A DNA stretch of 64,000 nt from Bacteriovoracaceae bacterium (GCA_041586955.1 JBFGZE010000002.1:43451-107450), one strand, 5' to 3'. Numbered from the stretch's first letter, positions 49,311 to 59,680 are shown. Numbers and translations: made by a program. Notes: a model not told the origin generated them from the letters alone.

Positions 49311-49464
49311 AACCCTGTTATCAGTATGACGGATTAGGCCTTAAAAATTGTCAAGAGAATGTCAGCTTCTGTTCAAATATGCGCAAGAAAGCGTGGTGCG
49401 CTGAGTAGGCCAGGCATACAATTGGACAAGAATAGTCAGTCGCTAATCTTTTGACTATAATGGT

Positions 49465-50577
49465 GTGATGAAAAAATTAAACCCTATAAAGCGAATTCTA
49501 CTCGGCCCAGGCCCTAGTGATGTTTCTCCCGATGTCTTACAGGCATTGTCTCTGCCGACCTTGGGGCATTTGGACCCACAATTTATCACCATTATGGATG
49601 ATATTAAAAGACTTTTGCAATATGCCTTTCAAACTAAAAACCGTTTGACCTTGCCCATTTCAGCTCCGGGTTCTGCCGGAATGGAAGCGTGTTTTGTGAA
49701 CTTACTTGAACCTGGTGATAAAGTGGTGGTCTGTATCAATGGGGTATTTGGCAAACGCATGGTGGAAAATGCCGTGCGCATTGGTGCTATACCAATAATC
49801 GTTGATCATGAATGGGGTCAACCTGTTGATCCTCAAAAGGTTCGCCAGGCCCTCTCTCAAAATAAGGGAGTTAAGGCCTTGGCGTTTGTTCATGCGGAGA
49901 CGTCAACCGGCGTGTTAAGTGATGTAAAAGCTCTTTGTGCTCTGGCCTGTGAGTTTAATGTTCTTTCTATTGTGGACACCGTGACGGCCCTTGGGGGATC
50001 GCCCCTTAAAGTAGACGAGTGGCATATTGATGCCACTTATTCAGGTTCCCAAAAATGCCTTTCCTGTGTACCAGGCCTATCTCCGGTATCCTTTAGTGAT
50101 CGTGCGGTGGAGGTTATTTCTAGGCGTCGCACGAAAGTTCAAAGTTGGTTTCTCGACCTTAATTTAGTGATGGAATATTGGGGTCAGAACAAAAAGCGTT
50201 CTTATCATCATACTGCGCCGGTAAACTCTCTCTATGCTCTTTATGAATCCCTACGACTCTTAAAGGAAGAGGGACTTGAAAATTCTTGGCGCCGTCATCA
50301 CGAGAATTACCTTCTTTTAAAAAGTGAATTGACCTCACTTGGTCTCGAATTTTTTGTGGCAGAAGAATTTCGCTTGCCGCAATTAAATGCCATCAAAATT
50401 CCCGAGGGGGTGAATGAGGGGCTTATTCGCTCAAGGCTCCTTAGTGAATTTAATATTGAGATTGGCGCAGGTCTTGGCCCTTTGGCCGGTCAAGTATGGC
50501 GTATTGGCCTGATGGGAGCATCGTCTAAACGAGAAAATATTGAATTATTAATCAAGGCCCTCGGCCAATGTCTCTAA
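49465..50577 (+). CDS. Alanine-glyoxylate/serine-pyruvate aminotransferase (class V PLP)
   Basis: LLGPGPS, HAETSTG, VDTV, GSQKCL, YHHTAP, WRIGLMG. Confidence 0.93.
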   Translation: MMKKLNPIKRILLGPGPSDVSPDVLQALSLPTLGHLDPQFITIMDDIKRLLQYAFQTKNRLTLPISAPGSAGMEACFVNLLEPGDKVVVCINGVFGKRMVENAVRIGAIPIIVDHEWGQPVDPQKVRQALSQNKGVKALAFVHAETSTGVLSDVKALCALACEFNVLSIVDTVTALGGSPLKVDEWHIDATYSGSQKCLSCVPGLSPVSFSDRAVEVISRRRTKVQSWFLDLNLVMEYWGQNKKRSYHHTAPVNSLYALYESLRLLKEEGLENSWRRHHENYLLLKSELTSLGLEFFVAEEFRLPQLNAIKIPEGVNEGLIRSRLLSEFNIEIGAGLGPLAGQVWRIGLMGASSKRENIELLIKALGQCL

Positions 50578-50797
50578 TGGCCTAGTCAAGGCCCTTCATT
50601 TTTTTGAATTACTCACAACGTCTAGATTCTTTTTTTTATTTATGCTAAATATCCATAAAAAATAAAGGTTTTATGATAATCTGTGTGGTTATCTCTCAAT
50701 AGTTCTTTAATTTTGGTCCTTTTTTCAAATAGTTCGTTAGTTTTTTGTGTCTCTATATTTTATGTTTTTCAAAACTACTTAATAAGGAGAGTTTAAA

Positions 50798-51412
50798 ATG
50801 AATGGATTAAAAAAAGTCTTTTGTATTCCCTTTTGTCTTTTATTAATTCTCGGATTTACGCTTCCAGAAGCCTATGCGGATGATATTCGTCTAGGTGTTC
50901 CTGGATATGGTGGAACAGGCTGTCCGGCCGGTACCGCTTCGGCAACATTAAGTCCTGATCGTAAATCATTAAGTATTTTATTTGATGAATATGTAGTGGC
51001 AGCAGGTGGTAGTTTACCAAGTCGAGTTGGTCGCAAGACTTGTAATATCGCCATACCTGTCCATATTCCCCAAGGCTTTTCCTTATCAATCGTTGATGTC
51101 GATTATCGAGGGTATCTTTTCTTACCTCGTGGCGCGACTGCTCGTTTCAATGTGGAGTATTTTTTCGCTGGTATCAGAGGACCTCGTTATTCAACAAGTT
51201 TTAGAGGGTTTTCTGATCGCAATTATCTCCTCGATAATACCCTTGGCCTGGCCACTTTAGTGTGGTCACGTTGTGGTGATGACGTCAATTTAAGAGTCAA
51301 TTCTAGTATGGTGGTTCTCAATTACAATCGGGCCACTGAGGCGATGGCGACAGTAGATACAGCGGACTTTAAAGCGGGGATTATTTATCGCCTTGCTTGG
51401 AAAAGATGTTAA
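50798..51412 (+). CDS. Secreted DUF4360-family protein
   Basis: Signal peptide; YGGTGCPAGT, LFDEY, RKTCNI, DYRG; RBS AAGGAG. Confidence 0.8.
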   Translation: MNGLKKVFCIPFCLLLILGFTLPEAYADDIRLGVPGYGGTGCPAGTASATLSPDRKSLSILFDEYVVAAGGSLPSRVGRKTCNIAIPVHIPQGFSLSIVDVDYRGYLFLPRGATARFNVEYFFAGIRGPRYSTSFRGFSDRNYLLDNTLGLATLVWSRCGDDVNLRVNSSMVVLNYNRATEAMATVDTADFKAGIIYRLAWKRC

Positions 51413-51423
51413 GGAGCAATCCT

Positions 51424-52173
51424 ATGAATCGTCCATTAATGACAAAATTTAACCATAAGGCGGGGAGATTTTTCCCCCGCCTTTTTATCATTTGTATCAG
51501 CTTGTTTTTTCCAAGTGAGATCATATTGGCACAAGGAGATTTTCAATTTGATCGAGTCATATTGCGAGGAACAGGTTGCCCTGCTGGGAGTACCAGCACG
51601 ATCTTAACACCAGATAAAAAAACCATTACGGTTTTATTCGATGCTTTTTCCGTCGAGGTCCCTCAATTTGATGGTGATAATGATAATGAAGAGATCTCCG
51701 ATGAGCACCCCCAAGCGGCACGACGCAGTGACAAAGAGGTAGATCATAAAGTTTGTCATATGATTTTAACCAGTAAGCTGCCTGTCAATTATAACCTTAA
51801 ATCTTTGGATGTCAGTATGGATATGCGTGGGTACTCATTTGCCAACAAGGGAGTTAAGCTGGCCTTTAAAAGCTTTTTCCAAAACTTTGAGGGCCTTGTC
51901 CGCTCTAGGGCCAAAAAGAAGACGTTGGTGATGAAAAAATGGGGAGGTGAAGTTGATGAGAATTGGACGATTTCCAATCGTATTAAAATACCCATTAATT
52001 CCAAATGCGCTCATATTACGGAACGGGCCATTAAAATTAATTACACCAATGTGCTTAAGGCCCAAATGCAAAAGAGAAATGTGAGTAATCTCCGTTCAGG
52101 ATTATTATCGATGGACTCGTCTGACATTGTTGGCCAATTAAAGTTTAAATTTAATATCTTTCCTTGTTCTTGA
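51424..52173 (+). CDS. Secreted DUF4360-family paralogue
   Basis: RGTGCPAGS, VLFDAF, KVCHM, DMRG; ATG at 51424 after AAGGAG. Confidence 0.7.
   Translation: MNRPLMTKFNHKAGRFFPRLFIICISLFFPSEIILAQGDFQFDRVILRGTGCPAGSTSTILTPDKKTITVLFDAFSVEVPQFDGDNDNEEISDEHPQAARRSDKEVDHKVCHMILTSKLPVNYNLKSLDVSMDMRGYSFANKGVKLAFKSFFQNFEGLVRSRAKKKTLVMKKWGGEVDENWTISNRIKIPINSKCAHITERAIKINYTNVLKAQMQKRNVSNLRSGLLSMDSSDIVGQLKFKFNIFPCS
51457..51486 (+). terminator. Intrinsic terminator-like hairpin inside the 5' end of the second DUF4360 gene
   Basis: AAGGCGGGG-loop-CCCCGCCTT running into a T-tract. Confidence 0.6.
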
Positions 52174-52346
52174 TTAATTTATGCTCAGGCATTGAGTTAA
52201 GAATAATTAATTCTTAGAGGGAATGTCTAAAGCCCCATTATTAAGTACTTTCGGGATGTGCGCCACTTCTGTCGTTCCCGGTTAGTTATTAAATTAAAAA
52301 AAAATGATAACTTTATTTTAAAATTATTATTTTTTATGGGGATTTA

Positions 52347-52907
52347 TTGTCAATGTGGATATTGTTTATATTATTAGTTACTTTTTCCTGTCATAGTAAT
52401 TCTAGTTTGGTGGTAAAAGATCTAAAACGGATTAAAGGAAATGTCTTTCCTAAGGTGAGAAAGTTATTATTCAAAGATTTAGGGCCAACTCTTCAGAAGA
52501 TAGCATTGGATAATGGTTGTTCTCTTGGTCAGTCCCCGGATCGTGAGTCAAAATGTGCTAAAGAAAAGCTGTGGTTTCTTGAGGTTTCAGTTTCCATCCA
52601 TAATGCCAAACTCCTTTATCTTCATGAGAATTGTTGTCACCAAAAAAATTATACGCATTGCATGGATAATGTAACTTTTGATCACGCTCAATCATTCAAT
52701 ATCGAGACTGATTTTATTGGATTTAATGAAAATAATTTTTCTTTTTTTCAGGATCAGAAAAAGGTAGATCACCTTATTGGTCGTGAAGGTAATCAGGTCC
52801 TAAAGGTGAAAAGAGATGGCGAGTTTGAAGTCTATACGCTAGGGGCCTTTCGTAATTTCAATAAAGTCATATTTAATAGGGGAGAGGTCAGTATAAGGGT
52901 TTTTTAA
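52347..52907 (+). CDS. Hypothetical exported protein or lipoprotein
   Basis: Hydrophobic N-terminus ending TFSC; Cys-rich. Confidence 0.55.
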   Translation: MSMWILFILLVTFSCHSNSSLVVKDLKRIKGNVFPKVRKLLFKDLGPTLQKIALDNGCSLGQSPDRESKCAKEKLWFLEVSVSIHNAKLLYLHENCCHQKNYTHCMDNVTFDHAQSFNIETDFIGFNENNFSFFQDQKKVDHLIGREGNQVLKVKRDGEFEVYTLGAFRNFNKVIFNRGEVSIRVF

Positions 52908-52910
52908 TTT

Positions 52911-53291
52911 TTATTTTTTGTTCTGACGACGAGAGAAAATATTCAACCGTAAAATCTCATCGTCCAATATACTTTGAGCAAAAAGAGCTGTGTAGATGGC
53001 AAAGATCGCCGTTCCTGTGAGCATTAAAAAGATTCCTAAGATTTTACCAGCAGGTGTCACTGGAATGATATCACCGTAGCCGACAGCTGTCGCTGTTGAA
53101 TAACCCCACCAAGCGGCGTCCAAAAAAGTATGAACAGCATTATTGATTTCCATTTCTAAATGGTAAAAAGCAGCGGAAAAAGCGAGGATGAGAAGATTGG
53201 CAAGAACTGTGATGAGTATGAACGACATATTCGTCACTAAGTTGAATAAGACTTTATTAAAGCGAATGCCACTGGAAATAACTGTTTTCAC
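52911..53291 (-). CDS. Minimal 2-TM potassium channel (KcsA-like pore, no gating domain)
   Basis: DAAWW, TAVGYGD selectivity filter, PVTPAGK. Confidence 0.88.
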   Translation of the reverse strand: MKTVISSGIRFNKVLFNLVTNMSFILITVLANLLILAFSAAFYHLEMEINNAVHTFLDAAWWGYSTATAVGYGDIIPVTPAGKILGIFLMLTGTAIFAIYTALFAQSILDDEILRLNIFSRRQNKK

Positions 53292-53355
53292 CCTTTTCTA
53301 TCCTTGTTGTGATTGACCTACGCTATCATGGTGTTAATTTGGCGACAAGGATCGT

Positions 53356-54120
53356 TTAAGCGGGATTTTCGGAATCGAAAAATTGAGTTTCGACACCAAA
53401 ATGATCACCTATTAATTTCATTAACGATAATATTCCCCATTTTTCAGTAGCGTGATGGCCACCGGCAAACATGTGAATGCCAGACTCTTGTGATTCGTGC
53501 CAATTATGTTCACTCATTTCGCCAGTACAATAAGCGTCGAGGTTTTCTTTAAGAGCATAAACCCACTCGTTGTTAGCACCACCCGTAATGATACCCATAC
53601 TTTTTATCGGTCTAGAATTGGGGCTGGCGTGTAAGACTTTGCGTCCAAGGACCACTTCCATGCGCTTTAAAAGGTGATCAGGCCCAATGGGTGGTTCAAA
53701 GACACCCTTGACTCCAGTTGGCATTCCTTTGTGATCTCCAAAAGGGAGGAGCTGCTTCATATCTAATAAATGGGCCAAAGACGCGGCATTGCCGTGAGGT
53801 ATATGTGCATCTAGGGGGAGGTGAAAACCCCAAAGATTAATATCATTCTTAATAAGAGGGGCCACGCGTTGGTAAAAGGAGCCCGTTATTGTACGTGTAC
53901 CGTGAAATTTCCAAAAAAGGCCATGGTGAACAATCAGCCCTTGGGCCTTGTATTGAATCGCTCGTTGAATCGATTCTTTTGTCGCAGAAACAGCAAAGGC
54001 CAAACGCTTAATTTGAGTTTGACCTTCTATTTGTAACCCATTGGGTCCGTAATCTTGCCACTCATGAGGCCCTAAAGTAGTTTCTAGAAATTGATTGAGC
54101 GACTCACGCGTCACATTCAT
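53356..54120 (-). CDS. Nif3-like dinuclear metal-centre protein (YbgI)
   Basis: DYGPNGLQIEG, VHHGLFW, HLPLDAH, TGE, GHHATE. Confidence 0.93.
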   Translation of the reverse strand: MNVTRESLNQFLETTLGPHEWQDYGPNGLQIEGQTQIKRLAFAVSATKESIQRAIQYKAQGLIVHHGLFWKFHGTRTITGSFYQRVAPLIKNDINLWGFHLPLDAHIPHGNAASLAHLLDMKQLLPFGDHKGMPTGVKGVFEPPIGPDHLLKRMEVVLGRKVLHASPNSRPIKSMGIITGGANNEWVYALKENLDAYCTGEMSEHNWHESQESGIHMFAGGHHATEKWGILSLMKLIGDHFGVETQFFDSENPA

Positions 54121-55152
54121 TTAGACCTCGAGATTGAATGATTCATAATCGTTTAATTGTTTTTCCTTTAAAGATTGGCGTAAGCGGTCAACGGTTTGAT
54201 GGAGTTCTTCATGATGAGGAGCGAGGGTGAGGGCATGGCCAAATTCCTCGAGCGCCTGTTCATATTTTTTGAGAACGATATAGGCCCGACCACTATTGAT
54301 ATAGGGGTATTCACGGTTTTGGTAATGAGTGGCCTTTTTTGCCATATCAAACCATTTAAGGCTTTCGTTAACTTCGCCATCATTGAGAAGATAGGTCCCT
54401 AGATCATTATAAGGAGGGCCATAGGAGGGGTCCTTTTTTATGGCCTTTAGGCAAAAAGATTTGGCCAGGGTAATATCGTCTTTTAGAGCGCAGGTCCAGC
54501 CAACAAGAGTGTAGGCTTCGGCCGTCTCCTTAAGGTTTAAGGCCTTGTCGAAAGATTCTTTGGCATTACTATAATCTTTGGCCATAATTGCGTGATGACC
54601 TTCCTTAATCCATTCTCGGTGGCGCTTTTCTCGTTGTTCTTTAAGGCAACCGGTGAGAGTGATTTGCTCGATATTCCAATTGGCAGCATTGAAAACATAA
54701 AGAGGGACTTCTTCGTGGTCCTCAAAACGCTCGTGTGCCCAAAGGCTACGTGGTAATTGGATTTCCACATCCTGCTCATCTAGCCATAAATGCATTTTGT
54801 AGGCGTATTGATAGTTGAGGTTGAGCACCTGGCAGAGGAAATCTATTTTCTGTTGACCTTCAAATTGAGCAATACAAAGTGTACGTACCAATTGTAAGAG
54901 ATTAAGGCCTTCTTCCCAGATGATATCCATGTCCTTTTTATAGACCCGGTCAAGGGAGTGCATGGGTTTGGAAAAGAGACGCTGGTCTAAAAGCAGGTGG
55001 AAATTATCCAGCCAGGCATGGCCGTGTTTAATGGGAGTTGGCCAATTCTTGGCCGACAAAACATCGACAACAGCATGATGGATACGATCTAAATAATCGT
55101 GTAAATTCCACCACTCGTTGAGACATAATTGTTTGAGATTATGATCATTCAT
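54121..55152 (-). CDS. TPR-containing protein
   Basis: C-terminal TPRs (AEAYTLVGW, PYNDLGTY, PYINSGRAY). Confidence 0.8.
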   Translation of the reverse strand: MNDHNLKQLCLNEWWNLHDYLDRIHHAVVDVLSAKNWPTPIKHGHAWLDNFHLLLDQRLFSKPMHSLDRVYKKDMDIIWEEGLNLLQLVRTLCIAQFEGQQKIDFLCQVLNLNYQYAYKMHLWLDEQDVEIQLPRSLWAHERFEDHEEVPLYVFNAANWNIEQITLTGCLKEQREKRHREWIKEGHHAIMAKDYSNAKESFDKALNLKETAEAYTLVGWTCALKDDITLAKSFCLKAIKKDPSYGPPYNDLGTYLLNDGEVNESLKWFDMAKKATHYQNREYPYINSGRAYIVLKKYEQALEEFGHALTLAPHHEELHQTVDRLRQSLKEKQLNDYESFNLEV

Positions 55153-55219
55153 CCGTGATTCTATCCTATTTGTCTTCCTGACAATATTCTAAATTTTCAA
55201 TTGGGATGTGGCAAGGCTC

Positions 55220-55354
55220 CTATGACTGTCTTAGAATCCAGATGAGGGCCAAAAATAAAGAGAAACTCCAAGTGATATAGATCACGTGAACACCAATCGC
55301 CTTATAGGGACTGACTTGAGAGAGAATGCGATACTTGGGACTTGTGATTTTCAT
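55220..55354 (-). CDS. Small single-TM protein (44 aa), absent from the ORF track
   Basis: AAGGAG RBS; MKITSPKYRILSQVSPYKAIGVHVIYITWSFSLFLALIWILRQS. Confidence 0.6.
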   Translation of the reverse strand: MKITSPKYRILSQVSPYKAIGVHVIYITWSFSLFLALIWILRQS

Positions 55355-55593
55355 ACCATCTCCTTGGTGGTGATTCATCCCCTAAAGATCCAAGATTCAT
55401 GCCAACAGTAAGAAGATAAAAGGCGCTAAATAGGGGTCAATAAGACCTTTTGGGCCAATCTGGGCCGGCAGATAGTGTGAAAATGGCCCTATTGCGTAAA
55501 TTTCACCTCTCACATTGAATGCGTAGCGTTGCCTTGTTAAATTTAATGGGTTATTACTTTTAAGCAGATATTAGACAATTTGGTGGAGCTATA

Positions 55594-56541
55594 ATGCCTT
55601 TTATTGTTAAAAAAACTCTTTTTTCCCTTTTTATCATTTCTTCTATCGCGGGGGCCGAAATTGATAGTTTCACAACCCGTTTTTACCCTTTAGAAGACAT
55701 GACTGTTGAAATCAATGAGGTCGCGAATCGTTATTTAAAAATAGGGATCAAGAATGCCAATTTAAAGGACCATAAAAAAGGAAAACATTGCAGTAAAAAA
55801 TATTTATATAAACAATTGCGTAAATTATTCCGTAATCATGTCTTTGGCGAGTTTACCAATGCCATCAATAATGACCCAAGTATTGATCGCCATACCATTC
55901 CTTTTCATCATTCAATTTTTAGAAAATTTTATCCTTGGGAATCTATTATTCAAGGTGGCCTTTCTCGTATTAAAGACCCTTCGGCCAAGCTTTATAAAGT
56001 TAATGGTGTCTTCATCGGTTCTGATAAATTTGAGCATTTTTTAGGGTCTGGTTTTGACTATTTTCAAAATGTTTATCTTAAAGGGAAATCTCTCGCCTCA
56101 GTTTTGAAAAAAGGCCATAAGATTGAAGGTGGGATTATGGGTAGCACTACTACTGGTGTTTACGCATGGGCGGATATCGTCGCCAATTATAATGGTATGC
56201 GCTTTTGGAATCAAATGTTAATGACGGGGGAGGATCTATTAGACCCTAACTTTAAAGTGGGTCCCTATATCAGTTGTGGCCAAGATGGTTGGCAGGCCGC
56301 TAATCCTATCGATTTTTCAGATTATGTGGATGATGCTTTTGATGAGGGGATTAATTGTTCATGGTTTCGCACAAAGAGTTTAACTCGTAAAATTAAATAT
56401 CAAATGAAACGTATTTCAATTAAAACCGGGAAGACTGTCACCTGCCCCATGGATCCTCAAAAATTAAAAGATATGGTTGATAAATATAAGGATCTTCCGG
56501 TTAAGATTATTAATACAAAAGGGCAGAGGGCCTATAAATAA
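55594..56541 (+). CDS. Secreted hypothetical protein with DKxxHF / DxxANxxG motifs
   Basis: Signal peptide; SDKFEHF, DIVANYNG; several Cys. Confidence 0.65.
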   Translation: MPFIVKKTLFSLFIISSIAGAEIDSFTTRFYPLEDMTVEINEVANRYLKIGIKNANLKDHKKGKHCSKKYLYKQLRKLFRNHVFGEFTNAINNDPSIDRHTIPFHHSIFRKFYPWESIIQGGLSRIKDPSAKLYKVNGVFIGSDKFEHFLGSGFDYFQNVYLKGKSLASVLKKGHKIEGGIMGSTTTGVYAWADIVANYNGMRFWNQMLMTGEDLLDPNFKVGPYISCGQDGWQAANPIDFSDYVDDAFDEGINCSWFRTKSLTRKIKYQMKRISIKTGKTVTCPMDPQKLKDMVDKYKDLPVKIINTKGQRAYK

Positions 56542-56573
56542 CGAGAATTTGTCTCTTTTCAAAATCTCCGGTA

Positions 56574-57041
56574 TTGCTTACCCTTTGTACAGGAGTTTCC
56601 ATGGCCCAGCAATTTCATTTTGATCTTCTCATTACTGAGAAACATCTCGACACCTTTGGGCATGTCAATAATGCCACTTATTTGCAAATTTATGAAGAGG
56701 CACGTTGGGACTTTGTGACCGACCGTGGTTTCGGTCTTAAAGAGGTTCAAAAGAATCAGCTTGGGCCGGTGATCCTCTCCTTGGAATTGCAATTTAAGAG
56801 GGAAATTTGCAATCGAGAAGTTATTCATATTACCAGCCAATATCAGGGCATGCATAACCATTTAGTGAGTAATATTCATCAGGAAATGATTAATGCTGAT
56901 GGCAAAGTCTGCTCAACCCTTGATCTTAAGATTGCTCTTTTCGACTTGCAAGCGCGTAAAATTTTACGGCCAACCCAGGCCTGGTTCGAGGCACTTGGCC
57001 TGACGGGACAAGAAATTATTGATCTTCAAAAAGACGTTTAA
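56574..57041 (+). CDS. Acyl-CoA thioesterase (4HBT/YbgC-like)
   Basis: LDTFGHVNNATYLQIYEEAR. Start is probably the ATG at 56601. Confidence 0.88.
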   Translation: MLTLCTGVSMAQQFHFDLLITEKHLDTFGHVNNATYLQIYEEARWDFVTDRGFGLKEVQKNQLGPVILSLELQFKREICNREVIHITSQYQGMHNHLVSNIHQEMINADGKVCSTLDLKIALFDLQARKILRPTQAWFEALGLTGQEIIDLQKDV

Positions 57042-58902
57042 GGCCTGATTGTAGGTAGCGCTTGGAAATGATATTCCAAATACTGGAACCATTTTTTTTG
57101 ACAATATCGTTGTCTTTATATTGATATTTTTTATCCATAAAGTTTTGAACGCGGCCCTTTTGAGCAGAGTTGTTATTACCTCCAAAGTCAAATTGAAAGT
57201 CTGACTTGTTAGAGGATTTTACCGTAAGGCCTTTGCCACCACTGGCCGATAATGATTGGCCGATCCCGGTCTTCTTAGTGATTTTTTCTAAGGCCTTCTT
57301 AAGAGCGCCATTGGTCGGTCTGGAATTTTTGGCCAATTGTGGTAGAGCAGGGCCAGCAACACTTTTAAATCCCTTGGACTTTTGGGCCTTCTTGATAAAA
57401 CCTTTTAGCATTTCTCTATTAAATATAATTGGTTTGAGTCCCTTGGATTTGCGTTTTTCATTGACTTTATTCCAAAGTACGCGAGCGGCCTTATTGTGTT
57501 GGTCGGCAAGGCCTGCTATTTGTGCTTGGCCCAATTTCTCAAGGCCACTGATACCCTCCGTGGCTAGATTCATCATGGCACCTGTTTTTGCCAAATTGGC
57601 GGCACCACCTAAATTCACATTGGTATTATAGGGGGCCTTATAACAGGCATTTTGACCAGTTTTTTTATCTTTAACCTTTCTGCATTTGCAATCAGCATCA
57701 AATTGCTGATTAAGGGTAAGGCAACCTGTGCGAGGTCCATTTTTAGTGTTGCTATAATCGGAGGCGTTGGCAATATACTTATGATCGTCCTGGGCCCAGA
57801 GCTTATGGCAAATACCGCTATTGGTGCGGTTATTATTTTTTTGTCCATTATCGTTATAGCAATAGCAACGAGGATTATTATAATTATTGCGGCCGTCTGG
57901 ACAAAGTCCTGCAATCGATTCTTCAAATGATGCCATAACTTCATCGATTTGATTAATATTTGACTTAGATTCCTTTTCTTGACTCGCGGCTGCAGATCTC
58001 AATTGGCCTGTGAGCCCTAGTGCCACCCCACTGGCGATGGCAATAGCAGGGGAGTTGGAAAGAGTGATTCCCATCGACGTTAATTTTTCCTTTGTTGAGG
58101 CGGCACCCTCTATGCCAGTTCCGGTAGGAGAGGCGCTGTCAGCGATGCCCTCGGTTTCAGGTTCTACTTCAGTGTCAGCAGTACAGGGAGTGAGAAAGGT
58201 CACCATTGGCATCATTTCTAGAGCGGCGGTGGTTAATGAAGCGGCATATCCTGCCATTAACAACATATAGGTCAATTTCCTTTGCTTTGCGACCTTGGCC
58301 ACTGTCGATTGCTCGTCCTTTAAATAGAGAAAGGCTTTTTGTTGAGCGGCATGGGAATCCATACCGACCGCTTCGTCTTGGTATTTACCAGACAAATTCT
58401 TTAATTGTTTTTTTGTTTGTGAGGTGGTGTAGAGGTGGGCAAGAACATGGACAGCACTAGTCCCCATAAAAATTTTGCGTGATAAGCAGGTCCCGCCACT
58501 TGTCGCACCTTTTTTGGCCAGGAAGAGGAGTGTGCCATAGGCCCCTGCTAACACCGCCTGAGGGGCACCACCTTTTAATTTTCCTTGGCCTTCTCCGTGG
58601 GAGACCCCTGTATGTTTATTGGCCAGATCTTGGTGGCATTTTGCTCGGGTCTGGTCATTGGCAAGGCCATCGCAATTCAGATAATCTTGGCGTGCGGAAA
58701 CCGCTTCTTTTTTATTTAAGCAGCGATTTAATTCGCATAGCCATTCTTTGGATGGCGACTTTTGACAAATTTCTTTTTTCTGAGCGAGGTCGGGATCATT
58801 CGAGTAAGAGCAATTGGCCGCCTTTAAAGAGCTCGGCAGGAACACCCATAAGGCGATCATTAAAAAAAATTGCGTATGGCCTAAAATTACATGATTTTTC
58901 AT
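57016..58902 (-). CDS. Large secreted Cys-rich protein with internal hydrophobic helices
   Basis: Signal peptide, Cys clusters, Gly/Ala-rich hydrophobic segments, C-terminal SIWNIISKRY. Confidence 0.7.
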   Translation of the reverse strand: MKNHVILGHTQFFLMIALWVFLPSSLKAANCSYSNDPDLAQKKEICQKSPSKEWLCELNRCLNKKEAVSARQDYLNCDGLANDQTRAKCHQDLANKHTGVSHGEGQGKLKGGAPQAVLAGAYGTLLFLAKKGATSGGTCLSRKIFMGTSAVHVLAHLYTTSQTKKQLKNLSGKYQDEAVGMDSHAAQQKAFLYLKDEQSTVAKVAKQRKLTYMLLMAGYAASLTTAALEMMPMVTFLTPCTADTEVEPETEGIADSASPTGTGIEGAASTKEKLTSMGITLSNSPAIAIASGVALGLTGQLRSAAASQEKESKSNINQIDEVMASFEESIAGLCPDGRNNYNNPRCYCYNDNGQKNNNRTNSGICHKLWAQDDHKYIANASDYSNTKNGPRTGCLTLNQQFDADCKCRKVKDKKTGQNACYKAPYNTNVNLGGAANLAKTGAMMNLATEGISGLEKLGQAQIAGLADQHNKAARVLWNKVNEKRKSKGLKPIIFNREMLKGFIKKAQKSKGFKSVAGPALPQLAKNSRPTNGALKKALEKITKKTGIGQSLSASGGKGLTVKSSNKSDFQFDFGGNNNSAQKGRVQNFMDKKYQYKDNDIVKKNGSSIWNIISKRYLQSGLKRLFEDQ

Positions 58903-59011
58903 TGCTACTCTAGTATACCTCTCTTGGGGCAGGGAGCGTTAAAGATTGCCTTTCTTGTCTTTTAAAAACAATAAAATCACTGTAAAAACAATGAGTTAAC
59001 ATCGTTCTGGG

Positions 59012-59680
59012 GTGAGGGTTATAAGCAAAATGCACTTCTTTTCTGCCTCTTTTATTAGTCAACTAAGGCCTTTCATTTTTGGCGCTCTTTTGGCGCTTAA
59101 TCTAAGTAGTTATGGTGCTTTACCAGAGCTGAAAATAGGTGATGTTTTGTTGATTAGTATGCCCTGTTATGAATGCCGATTGATTGAAGAGGAAACTGAT
59201 GGCCCCTTTAGTCATTCAAGTATAATTATTGACAAAAAAAATGGCCAGTATATTGTCGCTCAATCTCTAGGTGACACTCACACCCTGCCACTCAAGAAAT
59301 GGCTCACCTTATCCAGGCCCAATGGGCCATTGGCCATTATGCGTTCTTGGGAAGGCCAAAGCTGGGATAGTGATTTAGTTTTGAAAATGCGCCAGTATTA
59401 TCAAAATAAGTTACATGGCCTGGCCTTTGACCCCTATTTTCTTTGGAATAATACTGACCATCAAGGTTTGGAGTTGCTCTACTGCTCAGAAATGATTACT
59501 AAATTATTAAATCATATCTTAAAAAATCCCATTGAAGTGAGACCTATGGATTTTTCACTCCATGGAGAGGCGTGGAGCCGCTTTTTACCACTTGGGATTC
59601 CTCAGGGACTTCCTGGAACCAATCCTAATACCTTCTTTCATTCAAAACGTTTCCAGCAAATATTTTACGGGCAAATTTGA
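59012..59680 (+). CDS. Permuted papain-like NlpC/P60 enzyme (YiiX/YebB-like)
   Basis: GDVL, FSHSSI and YCSEMI, with His before Cys. Confidence 0.8.
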   Translation: MRVISKMHFFSASFISQLRPFIFGALLALNLSSYGALPELKIGDVLLISMPCYECRLIEEETDGPFSHSSIIIDKKNGQYIVAQSLGDTHTLPLKKWLTLSRPNGPLAIMRSWEGQSWDSDLVLKMRQYYQNKLHGLAFDPYFLWNNTDHQGLELLYCSEMITKLLNHILKNPIEVRPMDFSLHGEAWSRFLPLGIPQGLPGTNPNTFFHSKRFQQIFYGQI

